Assembly: GCA_037142615.1 (NCBI GenBank)
Contig: JBAXAI010000001.1
Span: 416,001 to 480,000 of the forward strand
Reading direction: 5' to 3'
Origin: Spirochaetales bacterium
GTDB taxonomy: Bacteria; Spirochaetota; Spirochaetia; JABEVK01
DNA length: 64,000 bases
The notes below the pieces were generated by a model. That model was not told the DNA's origin, did no database searches, and was given only the letters and a program-made list of their open reading frames with translations. The translations under genes were made by a program, and so were the position numbers. Below, in pieces: positions 19,138 through 28,942 of this stretch (position 1 is the stretch's first letter; every line of letters starts with the position of its first letter).

Positions 19138-20055
19138 ATGAGCGTGGCCACCAAGCCCAAGCGGAGACCTCTGGGCTGGATCATCCTCATCTCGCTGGTA
19201 GCCGGGGTTGCCCTGGGGTTGCTGGTGACGAGCTTGCTTTCTCACCCCGCCCCATCCCGAATCTTCTATGCTTCCCGTCCTGCCGGAACGATGCTGGTGG
19301 CCCACATGGGCGGCGATAACTTGTATCCGGGTGACACCGGCTACGCCTACGAGCAGGCGAAACTTCTCGGTGCCGACGTGTTTGACGGCGATGCTCACAT
19401 CACCAAGGACGGTGTGATCATCCTGATGCACGACGAAGCAGTCGACAGGACAACCAACGGTCACGGCCAGGTCGAAGACCTGACGCTGGCAGAACTGAAG
19501 GCCCTGGACGCCGGCTACGGCTGGAGCCCCGATGGCAAGAGCTATCCCTTCCGAGGCAAAGGAATTACAGTTCCCACTCTCGAGGAACTCTTCCAACAAT
19601 ACCCCGACCAGAAGTTCCTCATCGAGATCAAGCTGTCGAAACTCCCCATCGCCGTGCCCATGGCGAAGTTGATCCGCAAGTACAACATGCAAGACAAAAT
19701 CGTCATCGCCAGCTTCCTCGACACGCTCATGCAGGAGTTCCGTCGGGCCGCTCCCGAGGTCGCGACCTCGGCAAGCAAAACCGAGGTGGTGGTGTTCGTT
19801 CTGCTTCAGAAAGTTGGCCTGAGCGGTTTGGTGAGCCCCGAGTACCAGTCGTTGCAGGTGCCGTTTGAAACCAGCGAATCGATGGGTATTCCCATCATGA
19901 CCAGCGAGTTTGTGCAGGCGGCCCACGCCAAGGGCGTCGCGGTCGAAGTCTGGACTCTCAACGAGCCCAACCTGATGAAAACCTACATCGACTGGGGCAT
20001 CGACGGAATCGACTCCGACCGTCCCGATGTTTTGAAGAAGGCGCTCGGCCGCTAG
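19138..20055 (+). CDS. Glycerophosphodiester phosphodiesterase
   Basis: VAHMGG..PGDT, TKDGVIILMHDEAVDRTTNG, VPTLEE, VWTLN, GIDGIDSDRPD; N-terminal TM segment. Confidence 0.92.
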   Translation: MSVATKPKRRPLGWIILISLVAGVALGLLVTSLLSHPAPSRIFYASRPAGTMLVAHMGGDNLYPGDTGYAYEQAKLLGADVFDGDAHITKDGVIILMHDEAVDRTTNGHGQVEDLTLAELKALDAGYGWSPDGKSYPFRGKGITVPTLEELFQQYPDQKFLIEIKLSKLPIAVPMAKLIRKYNMQDKIVIASFLDTLMQEFRRAAPEVATSASKTEVVVFVLLQKVGLSGLVSPEYQSLQVPFETSESMGIPIMTSEFVQAAHAKGVAVEVWTLNEPNLMKTYIDWGIDGIDSDRPDVLKKALGR

Positions 20056-20978
20056 CCGCGGTACTTTGTGGTCTTTTCGCGAAGTCGCTCGACTTCGGCA
20101 CGAAGGCGGTTCAGAAAGGCATTCTTGGGCCATTTCTCGCCGGGAGGTTGCGGAGCCTGCCTGTCTTCGAAGTCGCTGCAAACCCGCCAAACCACCACCT
20201 CGGGCGGTAGCCTGACCAAGGCTTGGGCCACGGCGCTCAGGTATTCCTCGGGATCGACCGGCAGGATAAGCCCCTCCTGCCAGTCGAGGTGGAGTTTTGT
20301 CCCAGGCACCAGCATCAAATCGTGGAACTTGACACCCGAGGATCCGTGTTCAAGCGCGAACTCCACGGTGTCGAGAAACTCAGCCGTGCCTTCACCGGGG
20401 AGTCCATACATCACATGGGTGGTGAACTTGAGGTTGCGCTCGCGCAGACGGGCCGCCGCCGCCGTGTACGACTCCACGCTGTGACCGCGCCGGATGCGAT
20501 TCAAAGTTTCGTCACGGCAACTCTGCAGCCCCAGTTCCACCCAGACTTCGCGATCCGGGCTCTGATAACTGGCCAACAAATCGGCAACGGGAACGGGAAC
20601 GCAGTCGGGTCGCGTCGCTACCACCAGTTCGACGAAATCCGCCTGAGACAAGGCGGCATCGTAGACTCGGCGTAGGGTTTCGACCGGGGCCCAGGTGGAC
20701 GAGAACGCCTGAAAGTACAGGCTGAACCGCTTCTGCCCGTAACGTGAGGCAAGAAACTCGCGGGCCTGCCGAATCTGCCCCTCGATGTCGGTGGCCCCCG
20801 TTTGGTAAGGCGGACGGTTGGCCGACGCCGAGCAGAAACTGCAGCCGGGGTCGAGCCGATTGGCGCCACGGTTGGGGCAACTGAAGCCTCCATCGATGCC
20901 GATCCGCCCGACGTCCGCACCCCAGCGTTGCCGGTAGTACGACCGGGCGTCGCGCCACAGAGGCGAACCAACTTCCAG
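20052..20978 (-). CDS. TIGR01212/YhcC-type radical SAM protein with probable CTG start
   Basis: Frame continues upstream of the listed ORF: DGGFSCPNR..GCSFC, YFQAFS, ATRPDC, WVELGLQS, GLPGE, GVKFH. Confidence 0.88.
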   Translation of the reverse strand: MEVGSPLWRDARSYYRQRWGADVGRIGIDGGFSCPNRGANRLDPGCSFCSASANRPPYQTGATDIEGQIRQAREFLASRYGQKRFSLYFQAFSSTWAPVETLRRVYDAALSQADFVELVVATRPDCVPVPVADLLASYQSPDREVWVELGLQSCRDETLNRIRRGHSVESYTAAAARLRERNLKFTTHVMYGLPGEGTAEFLDTVEFALEHGSSGVKFHDLMLVPGTKLHLDWQEGLILPVDPEEYLSAVAQALVRLPPEVVVWRVCSDFEDRQAPQPPGEKWPKNAFLNRLRAEVERLREKTTKYRG

Positions 20979-20982
20979 AGGG

Positions 20983-21396
20983 TTACCTCTTCCAAAAGGC
21001 GGCCCACTGCCCTATGAAGGCTGCTGCCGGCTGAAAGAGCTGGATGCGCCAGTACCCGCCTCCAGGGTCGTGAACGACTTCGATCGTGTCGGTGGGAGAC
21101 ACGAGGCGGGCCCACCAGCCCTTGGCTGTCAGCTGCCGAAAGGTCACACCCGTGCGTTCAAGGACAACCGGCTTGGAAGGCGGTGGCGTCTTGTCGGCCC
21201 GAAGAGGCACGCCAAACAACGTAGGTACACCTTGCGCCGGGGAAAAATAGACGGCAGCCTCGCCAACGAACACGAAAACCAAGGACGGTCCGGGGGGGCC
21301 GAGCAAGACCCGTCCATAGGCCATCAGGCGCGGCGTTTCGCCCAGCAGCGCCTTTTGGGATTCGAGAAATTGTTGGCGCTGTTCCGATGTGTCCAT
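20983..21396 (-). CDS. Hypothetical protein
   Basis: 137-aa ORF directly upstream of the radical SAM gene on the same strand. Confidence 0.65.
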   Translation of the reverse strand: MDTSEQRQQFLESQKALLGETPRLMAYGRVLLGPPGPSLVFVFVGEAAVYFSPAQGVPTLFGVPLRADKTPPPSKPVVLERTGVTFRQLTAKGWWARLVSPTDTIEVVHDPGGGYWRIQLFQPAAAFIGQWAAFWKR

Positions 21397-21529
21397 AGCG
21401 TCAATATGCCCCGCCAGGCGCTTTCTGTCGAGGCGGCTGATAGTTTACCGATGTATAGCATACAGACATACCTTACAAATGCATTATTGATGCATGATCG
21501 GCGGCGATACTGTCATCAAGGAGGGTCCT

Positions 21530-22021
21530 ATGAAACCCCGAAACAACAAGAAGCCGCGAAACAAAATCGCTGGTCCTGTCGTCGTGATGCTTTGCATCAG
21601 TCTGCTGCTCGTTCTGTCCGGCAGCGCTGTCTTTGCTTTTCCAGAAGGCCCGGCGGTCGTCTATGACCCGGCTCCCCGTCTGCTGGAACTCACGCGGGCC
21701 GTTCACCAGCATATTCGGTTCGAAGGTGAGAGTTCTTCCCCTCGCCCGGCGACCCAGACACCTTCGGCAACGCTGAAAAGATTGGTGGGAACCGCGCAGG
21801 AACAGGTCCTTCTCCTCATGGCTGTCACGCAGAAGGATCTTGGTTTGGAACCCAGACTGGCCCTGATCCGACTCAGGCCCTCGGGCGAGCGCCGCGTCGT
21901 GATGGAATGGAGGGGGCTCTACTACGATCCCGGCCTAGGGGCTGTGTACGGCCAAAACGAAGTGGCCGGCGTCGTTCGGGCCGTGTCCTACGGCAGTGCC
22001 TTGACGCTGAACCGGCTGTAA
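21530..22021 (+). CDS. Hypothetical exported protein
   Basis: AGGAGG RBS; basic N-terminus plus hydrophobic signal ending AVFA. Confidence 0.65.
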   Translation: MKPRNNKKPRNKIAGPVVVMLCISLLLVLSGSAVFAFPEGPAVVYDPAPRLLELTRAVHQHIRFEGESSSPRPATQTPSATLKRLVGTAQEQVLLLMAVTQKDLGLEPRLALIRLRPSGERRVVMEWRGLYYDPGLGAVYGQNEVAGVVRAVSYGSALTLNRL

Positions 22022-22045
22022 CGTCCTCGAGTCGGGCTCTAGGTC

Positions 22046-22405
22046 TCAGTCGCCCCCCGCATGGGCTTGGTAAAAGTCCAGATGGTACCATCGCCCTTGG
22101 ATCCGTGTGTTGAAGTCAACCGCGAGCGCGAGGTGCGGCGACACGACCGTCGGCGCCCGAAACGTCTGGGGTAGCGGCTGGGCCAGCTCGAACTTGATGT
22201 CGGGGTAGTGAGAGTTCGCTTCCCACTGCTGATAGGTCTGCCACGCAAACAGCAGGGCACTGGTGGCAAGGCAGGCACTCCCAATGATGGTCCTGATCCG
22301 ATCGGAACGTCGTGGCCAGTCGTTGCGCTCCTGCCTTACCGGGACGGGGGGCTCCGGTGCTGGCGGGAAGTCGCGGTGGGTACCTTGGTCCAAGAAGTCG
22401 TGCAT
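22046..22405 (-). CDS. Hypothetical single-TM protein
   Basis: AGGAG RBS before MHDFLDQG; TM segment TIIGSACLATSALLFAW. Confidence 0.55.
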   Translation of the reverse strand: MHDFLDQGTHRDFPPAPEPPVPVRQERNDWPRRSDRIRTIIGSACLATSALLFAWQTYQQWEANSHYPDIKFELAQPLPQTFRAPTVVSPHLALAVDFNTRIQGRWYHLDFYQAHAGGD

Positions 22406-22493
22406 ATAGCGCTCCTGACCCGAGTGTAGCTCGCCGTAGTGCACTGCTAGTGCAGGGGTCACACAACGTGTCCGCATCAGCTAGACTACACTC

Positions 22494-24440
22494 ATGACTC
22501 ACTACGGTTCGTACACGATCGGTTGGTTCCAGGTGGAACGAGAAGACTGGCTCACGGGCCAGCGCGACACGCTCGCGAAACGCACTTTCGGCCGCGAGTG
22601 GCTGCGCCTGTGCCGCGAGGCGGGCCCGCGTGCGCCCTGGGCCTGGGACGGCAAACTGCCCAACCCCGTGAGGCGGGTCACCGAGCTTCCGCGAACCGCC
22701 TTTGACGAGCTGATCCGAGCCCTGCATCAGAGCTTCCCGCGTAAAGTCCACCCCGAACCGTGGTTGCCCCTGCTGATCGAAGTGCTCCAAAGCCCCTTGG
22801 TCGACGACGAGGTCAAGTGCGACTTGTTGGTATGCGATTCAGCCCGGCCAATCTGGGACGACCTTGCTGCCGCGATTCCTTTTCCGCTGCACGAGCGACT
22901 GCGCCGGGCTTTTCGGCTCGAGGAACGCTGGACCGACATCGACCGTGAGGTAGATGCGGGTCTGCGAAAGATGGCCGAGGTGCTCGCTCAGCCGGAACTG
23001 AGTGCCCACTGGGATGACGTCCGCCGGCAGAAGTTTGAGGCCCGCCACCTCGAGGCCGAGCGCCAACGCGCAGAAGCCGAGCGCCTGGCCCGGGAAGAAG
23101 CGGCACTTCGCGACTCGCTGCGCACGGCGCGCCGCGACCCAGACCGGGGTGCCGTGGAACTTACCGACGAGTTCAAGCAGGCCTTCCGCACCATCGCAAA
23201 GGGCGTACAGATTCTGTTCGTCACAGGGAGGCCGGGCACGGGTAAGAGCACGTTTATCCGCGCGCTGAAGAGCGAACTTCGGAACCGAAATGTCGCCGTT
23301 TGCTCGTTCACCGGCGCAGCGGCGCTCAACGTTGATGGGCAGACCCTCCACAGCTTCTTCCAGCTGCCACCGCAGATTCTGGCCCCGGGAAGCCTGAGTA
23401 CCCCCAATTTCAAACTGCGGCAGAAGTTGCAGGCTCTCGAGGTGCTGGTGATCGACGAGGTGTCGCTGCTGAGGCCCGACATGGCCGACGCGCTGCACGA
23501 ACGCCTGACCACTTGCCGGGACGATCGGTCGCCCTTTGGTGGAGTGCAGGTGGTGCTCGTAGGCGACCTGTACCAGCTACCGCCGGTGGGAGGCCGCGAC
23601 AACGACGACGAGGCCAAGTGGCTGGCCCAAACCTACCCGCGAGGTCGATGGTTCCACGCCGCCCGCGTCTTTGACCGCGTAAAGGTCACCAAGCTGGAAC
23701 TGACCAAGGTGTTCCGGCAAACGCAAAGCGACTTTCTGACCTTTCTGGGTCAGGTGCGCGAGGGCACGCTGTCTGCCGAAGCGCTCGATGCCTTCAACGG
23801 GCGGGTGCTGGCCCTTCCCGCCTTCGCGGCCGACGAGTTCCATTCCCTGCTCGTGCCGCACAACAAAGACGTGAAAGTGCACAACCAGGCAAGGCTGGCA
23901 AGGCTTGGAGGAACCGAGAAGGTCTACCCCTGCGTTCTTCAGGGCGAAGAGCTCAAGGACAGTGAGACCCGTTACCCGGCCGACCGCGAACTGGTGCTCA
24001 AGCCCAAGGCGCAAGTCGTCTTCCTCAAGAACGACCCGGCCGGACGTTGGGTCAACGGAGACTTCGGTATCGTGGAAACCATGGAGGACGACACCGTGGT
24101 GGTCACAACGGCCAAGGGAACCCACCGCGTGGAGCGAGCCAGCTGGGACCTAGGCAAGTACGAGCTCGACACCGCGAGCAACCACCTGGAACTGGTCAAG
24201 ACCGGTACGTTCCGGCAGTTCCCGGTGCGTCTGAGCTGGGCACTCACCATCCACAGAATGCAGGGCCAGACCGTCGACCGAATGCTGCTCGATTTGGGCA
24301 CCGGGGCCTTTGAGCCCGGGATGACCTACGTGGCCCTTTCGCGCTGCCGTACGCTCGAAGGCATCCGCCTGGGCCGGGCGCTGGTCGCCGCCGACCTGAC
24401 CGTTGACCCGACCGTGGGGCCGTGGCTGGCAGCGCTGTAG
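22494..24440 (+). CDS. PIF1-family (SF1B) helicase with ~200-aa unknown N-terminal domain
   Basis: GRPGTGKS, GQTLHSFF, VIDEVS, PFGGVQVVLVGDLYQLPPV, WVNGDFG, QFPVRLSWALTIHRMQGQT, YVALSRC. Confidence 0.93.
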   Translation: MTHYGSYTIGWFQVEREDWLTGQRDTLAKRTFGREWLRLCREAGPRAPWAWDGKLPNPVRRVTELPRTAFDELIRALHQSFPRKVHPEPWLPLLIEVLQSPLVDDEVKCDLLVCDSARPIWDDLAAAIPFPLHERLRRAFRLEERWTDIDREVDAGLRKMAEVLAQPELSAHWDDVRRQKFEARHLEAERQRAEAERLAREEAALRDSLRTARRDPDRGAVELTDEFKQAFRTIAKGVQILFVTGRPGTGKSTFIRALKSELRNRNVAVCSFTGAAALNVDGQTLHSFFQLPPQILAPGSLSTPNFKLRQKLQALEVLVIDEVSLLRPDMADALHERLTTCRDDRSPFGGVQVVLVGDLYQLPPVGGRDNDDEAKWLAQTYPRGRWFHAARVFDRVKVTKLELTKVFRQTQSDFLTFLGQVREGTLSAEALDAFNGRVLALPAFAADEFHSLLVPHNKDVKVHNQARLARLGGTEKVYPCVLQGEELKDSETRYPADRELVLKPKAQVVFLKNDPAGRWVNGDFGIVETMEDDTVVVTTAKGTHRVERASWDLGKYELDTASNHLELVKTGTFRQFPVRLSWALTIHRMQGQTVDRMLLDLGTGAFEPGMTYVALSRCRTLEGIRLGRALVAADLTVDPTVGPWLAAL

Positions 24441-24462
24441 CCCCGCAACGAGCCGTGGGGAC

Positions 24463-24573
24463 TCAGAACGCGTTGGTCTCTGCGCGCAGCACGGCTACCA
24501 GGATCAGGGCCAGTACCAGGGCAATGGCGATTCGGGTCAAAACCGGCGGAAGGGAATCTTTCCAGCGTCTCAT
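24463..24573 (-). CDS. Small (36 aa) single-TM protein
   Basis: Manual translation MRRWKDSLPPVLTRIAIALVLALILVAVLRAETNAF*. Confidence 0.5.
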   Translation of the reverse strand: MRRWKDSLPPVLTRIAIALVLALILVAVLRAETNAF

Positions 24574-24689
24574 GAAACTAGCTTGTCTCGGCCCGGTGCA
24601 CCGCCGGTGCAGTTCAGCGTTCACTCGCAGTTTGTTTCGGGGTCAGGGTTTACAGGTGTATACCAGAGAAAGCGCCATCAAGCCCAACA

Positions 24690-25415
24690 TCATGACTCCT
24701 TTTTCAACAGGACGGGCTCAAAGTCCGCATCGATGGTCAGAACGAGCGGTGGCTCACAGTCGGGGATGGTCGGTTGCAGGCGCACGTCGAGCGCGCCGTA
24801 CACGATGCCCATCAACCGGCGCAGACGCTCCACCGTGCCCGGAATCTCGACGCCACCGCGGAAGATCAGGCGACGGTGAAAGGAAATCTTCAAGGCCGAC
24901 GGCTCCTCGGAGGCGAAGCGGAGCGCGGTCGGTCTCAGGTAGGGAGCCCCGTAGGCGTCGTCTACGGAAAACCGAACCCGGTGCAGAATCCCCTTGATCT
25001 CGTCGGTGAACCCCTTACCGTCCGGGAACCGAGGCGACGCGTGGGGCACGTGCACCACCATCCCTTGCAGGAACGTCACCCCGGCCTTGCCCTCAACTTT
25101 CCAAAAGTTCTGCAGACTCCTGTCGGGGAACTCCAGGTCCACTTGAGCCGGCTCGGGGCTGTCGCGGGACAGCAAGGCCGGCATGGGAAGGGCGGGCAAG
25201 TCGCGGCAATACCCACAGGTGGGGTCGTTGCAGGCCCGGGAGCCCCACCGGTTGCAAGCGGGGCACCACGAGTTGTCGTGCTCGCCCTGGTAAACCATCG
25301 GGCGGCGGCCGCAGATCGTGCACGCTTCGTCGGGCATCATCTGCCCGGTCACGGTCCAGCCGTTGATCGACCAGTGGTATTGCCCCCGGCCCAGATACGT
25401 TCTGACTAGTTTCAT
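24690..25415 (-). CDS. Hypothetical protein with Cys-rich (putative Zn-binding) N-terminus
   Basis: CTIC..CPAC..CNDPTCGYC; GAGGCGAGGAG upstream of the ATG. Confidence 0.65.
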   Translation of the reverse strand: MKLVRTYLGRGQYHWSINGWTVTGQMMPDEACTICGRRPMVYQGEHDNSWCPACNRWGSRACNDPTCGYCRDLPALPMPALLSRDSPEPAQVDLEFPDRSLQNFWKVEGKAGVTFLQGMVVHVPHASPRFPDGKGFTDEIKGILHRVRFSVDDAYGAPYLRPTALRFASEEPSALKISFHRRLIFRGGVEIPGTVERLRRLMGIVYGALDVRLQPTIPDCEPPLVLTIDADFEPVLLKKES

Positions 25416-26158
25416 CTCCTCGCCTCGAAAAAAGCAAAAAAGAGAATCGGAGGGACTTACGTGTCACCCCCAACTTCGTGTTGCCCCGATTGTTCGGCCA
25501 CACCACACCGGTTGATCAGACCGGCGCTGATGGTGGGAGGTCTGCTTACCTCCATGGCGGCGTGCCACATGGTTCAAGGACGGCTTTGCACGCGCCAGCA
25601 TCTACGGCTGTCCCGGCCTTCGGGCTTTCGCCTTACGACCGAGCCGCAAGAGTTGACCAACTCCCAGCCGACTTACGCCTTATCAAGAACAACAACAAAG
25701 AACCCGCGGCGCTCTTCACGCCAACGATCCGTTACCCCTGTGGAGGGTTGTTCCGGCACGATTCTCTGGTTCAATTACTCCCTGCCACCTGTTTTTTTCC
25801 GGAAATCTTCTGAGAACTCGAACGACGACGAAAAACTGAAGGCATGGTCGTGGTAGTCCTAACGAGGCACACGGTGACTGACAACACCCCCCTTCCCTGG
25901 CCGGACTTCTGGCCGTCTGCCGTTCAAGACGGCTGTGTCGGTACCCAGCTTTCAACACCTACACCCATGACCTCGTCCTTACCCCTGAGGACCATTGAGA
26001 TCACGGGCCGAACCAAGTCGTCGGGTTCAACTTCACCGCCTCGGGTGCCCCGGACCGCTTCCGCAACGTGTACGAATGGAACTTCGGCCGGTTCCGTGAC
26101 TCCTACTCGCTCAACCGGCACGGCATGCGCTCGAGCTGCTCGAAGGGCTGGTGCTTGA

Positions 26159-26920
26159 TCAGAGGTCGAGCAACAGCACCGCCGGCTTTCCGTAATCGCT
26201 GCCGGGGTTGAACAGGCGGGTGTGGCCATTCTTGGCCAAGCCGTCGAACGCCCAGTGGGTGTGGCCGAAGACGACAGTGTCAACGTTGTTGAGGCGATCT
26301 TCCCACTCCAGCGGACCGCCGAAGTAGCCTCCGCTGCGGATGCCCTTCCAGTCCTTGTCTTTCACCACCTCGAAGAACGGAAAGTGGGTCACCAGGTAGG
26401 TGGTCCAGCCCAGCGCCTTCTTTTCGGCGCACACCTGAAGCGCGCTTTCGAAGCCTTCGCGGGCATGCTCGCGCAGAAAGACTTCCGAGTTCTCGAAGTC
26501 GCCGATCCAGTTCGGGTCGTTGGTACTCGGGGGAGACTCGGCGTACCACCCGCCGAAGCCCGCGAACACGGTCTTGTGCTCGGGGAGGAGAAGTGGCGAG
26601 TCGGGGAGGTAGTAGACCCCCTGCTTGGGGACGCGGCGGCGAACGGCCTCGAGGGCCTCCTGGGCTGTCAGTTGGCCACGGGACCAGTAGGAGTGGTTGC
26701 CCGGCACCCAGCGCACCTCGGCGTCGCCAAATAGGTCGCTCGCAAACTTCAGACAAGCCACCTCGTGGTCGGGGTCGTTGCTGCCGTTGTCGCCGCCCAG
26801 AATGACGTGTTCGATGTCATACTCGTGCTCGCGCCACAGGCTGTCGAGCTTCTTCTTCCAGGTGTGGTCGGCCTCAGGGGAATAGCCGAGGTGGATGTCG
26901 GTGGCAATCAGTACTTTCAT
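26159..26920 (-). CDS. Calcineurin-like metallophosphoesterase
   Basis: TDIHLG, GGDNG, VPGNH, THFP, FGHTH, NPGS. Confidence 0.92.
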   Translation of the reverse strand: MKVLIATDIHLGYSPEADHTWKKKLDSLWREHEYDIEHVILGGDNGSNDPDHEVACLKFASDLFGDAEVRWVPGNHSYWSRGQLTAQEALEAVRRRVPKQGVYYLPDSPLLLPEHKTVFAGFGGWYAESPPSTNDPNWIGDFENSEVFLREHAREGFESALQVCAEKKALGWTTYLVTHFPFFEVVKDKDWKGIRSGGYFGGPLEWEDRLNNVDTVVFGHTHWAFDGLAKNGHTRLFNPGSDYGKPAVLLLDL

Positions 26921-27009
26921 AGGTCCTCCACCGAGCATACGCCGAACCAGGCTGTTTTTCTCCGGCGAAAAATCGGGGGACCGTGGCGTACAGGTTGCGG
27001 AGGCAACCC

Positions 27010-28722
27010 ATGAGAACGCTCGACAAAGGACATTCGAAGTTTCTTGCCATTCTGGAACTGCCGTTGGTACAGCGCCTGTTGGAAGGGGACTGGGATGCCT
27101 TCCAGTTTGAGTTCGCGCTGCAGTACGTTTCCAACTTCGAAACCACCAAGGGCCAACAGCGGTACTTCCGTGGGTCCAACCTTCCGGGTCTGGAAGAGTT
27201 CTGTGAGGACTCGTCCAACTGGTGGACCTCGCCGCGCGGAGGAAGCGCCTCTGATCGCGAAACCGTCCGTGAGTTCCTGGGGACGCAGTTGCAGGAACGT
27301 TTCGCCCGGGTCGCCGCCATGGACCGCGCCGAAGCCGACCACTTCGTGGCCGAGTTTATCGACTTCTTTGGTTTGACGATCCAGCAGTTCACGGTCTACT
27401 TGGCGTTCGTGTTGGCGCACCTGCGGATGCCTTGGCATCAGGTTTCCGAGCACAACGAGGACCGGTTCGAGGAACTGGCGCTGAAGGCTGCGGGAACGGA
27501 CGCCGCGTTCTATAACCTCGAGTTTGTCTCACCCCGTTCGCGGATGCACAAAGTGGGGCTGGTGTCTGCCGGCGGCATGTACAGCAACCCCCTCACCATC
27601 GCCGACCTCACCATCCACAAGTTCGGCCTCGACGCGTTCGACAAGGGCACCATCAATCGCATGTTCGACGACCTGGAAGGGCCCGTGGTGTTCATCACCA
27701 ACCAGGTGGACCGCATCGACCCGTCGACGGCCCGGCGCTTCGACCTGGTGATCCGCTTCGAAGAACCCTCCCAGGACCGGCTGGTCGCCCTGTGGCACCA
27801 GGAGGTCGAACGCCAGGGTCTGTCGGCCGCGTGGAACCCCCAGCAAATCCGGGCCCTGGCCCAGCGGTTCAAGAGCAACCTCGGCGTTGTCAGCCAAGCG
27901 TGTCAGCTCATCCGCGAGCTCCCGGTCGAGGTGCAAGCTGAGTTCCGCGCCGAGACGGTGCTCGAAACCGTGCTCGGGGCTCAGTTGCGTTTGGTCACGA
28001 ACCGCAAGCCCGAGCCCTTCCGCAAGGCTTCGGAACTCTACGACATGGAGTGTCTCAATACCTCGGTTCCTGTGACCCAGCTGGTCGATATCGCACGGCG
28101 CTGGAACCAGAAGTCCGACCGGGCCGGTCTGAAGTACCTGCTCCACGGCATCACGGGCGGCGGGAAGAGTGCCTTGGCCCGGCACCTGGCCGATGAACTG
28201 GGTCTTCCCGTTCTCTTCAAGCAGGCCAGCGATCTGCTCGGTGCCTTTGTGGGCCAAAACGAACAGAACATCCGTCAGGCTTTCGACGAGGCCGAGCGCA
28301 CCGGCGCCGTTCTCGTGATCGACGAGGTCGACTCGTTCCTTTCGGGGCGGGCCGGAGGAAAACGCGGCTGGGAGAACTCCATGGTGAACGAGTTCCTGAC
28401 CAACATCGAGAACTTTCAGGGATTCCTGGTGGTGAGCACCAACCTGATGGAGGTGCTCGACGTCGCCCTGCTCCGCCGCTTCACCCTCAAGGTGGAGTTC
28501 CGCGCCTTGACGCCCGAGGCCTCGGTGCGCCTGTTGGTGCGCTACTTTCCCGAGCTGGATCCGGTAACGGTCGGACCGCTCCGGTCGCTGACGCCCGGCG
28601 ACTTTGGGGCCGTCAAGGCTCGACAGGAACTCTGCCCCGAGCTCGACGTGCTGGCGGCGCTCCAGGAAGAGGCCGCTGCCCGGGCCGCCCAGTCCGGTCA
28701 GCGGCGATCGATCGGTTTCTAG
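27010..28722 (+). CDS. AAA+ ATPase; first AAA module lacks Walker A/B
   Basis: LLHGITGGGKS, LVIDEVDS, STN..LDVALLRRF, C-terminal RSIGF; residual FITN..IDPSTARRF of a first AAA domain. Confidence 0.88.
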   Translation: MRTLDKGHSKFLAILELPLVQRLLEGDWDAFQFEFALQYVSNFETTKGQQRYFRGSNLPGLEEFCEDSSNWWTSPRGGSASDRETVREFLGTQLQERFARVAAMDRAEADHFVAEFIDFFGLTIQQFTVYLAFVLAHLRMPWHQVSEHNEDRFEELALKAAGTDAAFYNLEFVSPRSRMHKVGLVSAGGMYSNPLTIADLTIHKFGLDAFDKGTINRMFDDLEGPVVFITNQVDRIDPSTARRFDLVIRFEEPSQDRLVALWHQEVERQGLSAAWNPQQIRALAQRFKSNLGVVSQACQLIRELPVEVQAEFRAETVLETVLGAQLRLVTNRKPEPFRKASELYDMECLNTSVPVTQLVDIARRWNQKSDRAGLKYLLHGITGGGKSALARHLADELGLPVLFKQASDLLGAFVGQNEQNIRQAFDEAERTGAVLVIDEVDSFLSGRAGGKRGWENSMVNEFLTNIENFQGFLVVSTNLMEVLDVALLRRFTLKVEFRALTPEASVRLLVRYFPELDPVTVGPLRSLTPGDFGAVKARQELCPELDVLAALQEEAAARAAQSGQRRSIGF

Positions 28723-28913
28723 ACGAGGACGAACGCATGTTGACCCAAGAAGTCTTCACCCTTGGCCCCGATGCGCGGCGCATTCTGTGTTCTCAGGGGG
28801 TTGAAAGTTCCCGGCTTTCGCTTTATCTATTAAGCGATAGGCGAATATGGGCGCACCATCAGTGCGTCTTAATTCCAAATGTCAGATATTTGTAGTTTCA
28901 ATGCACTTTGTGC

Positions 28914-28942
28914 TTGACAAACCCTTCTTAAAAGAGTAAAAT
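28914..28942 (+). promoter_or_regulatory. Strong sigma70 promoter upstream of the split sigma genes
   Basis: TTGACA (28914-19), 17 bp spacer, TAAAAT (28937-42), in an AT-rich tract. Confidence 0.8.

Noticed and set aside
25900-26158. Protein-like plus-strand frame FNTYTHDLVLTPEDH*DHGPNQVVGFNF...
   Set aside because: Internal TGA, no start, no recognisable family or SECIS-like stem; probably a decayed fragment, too weak to call.
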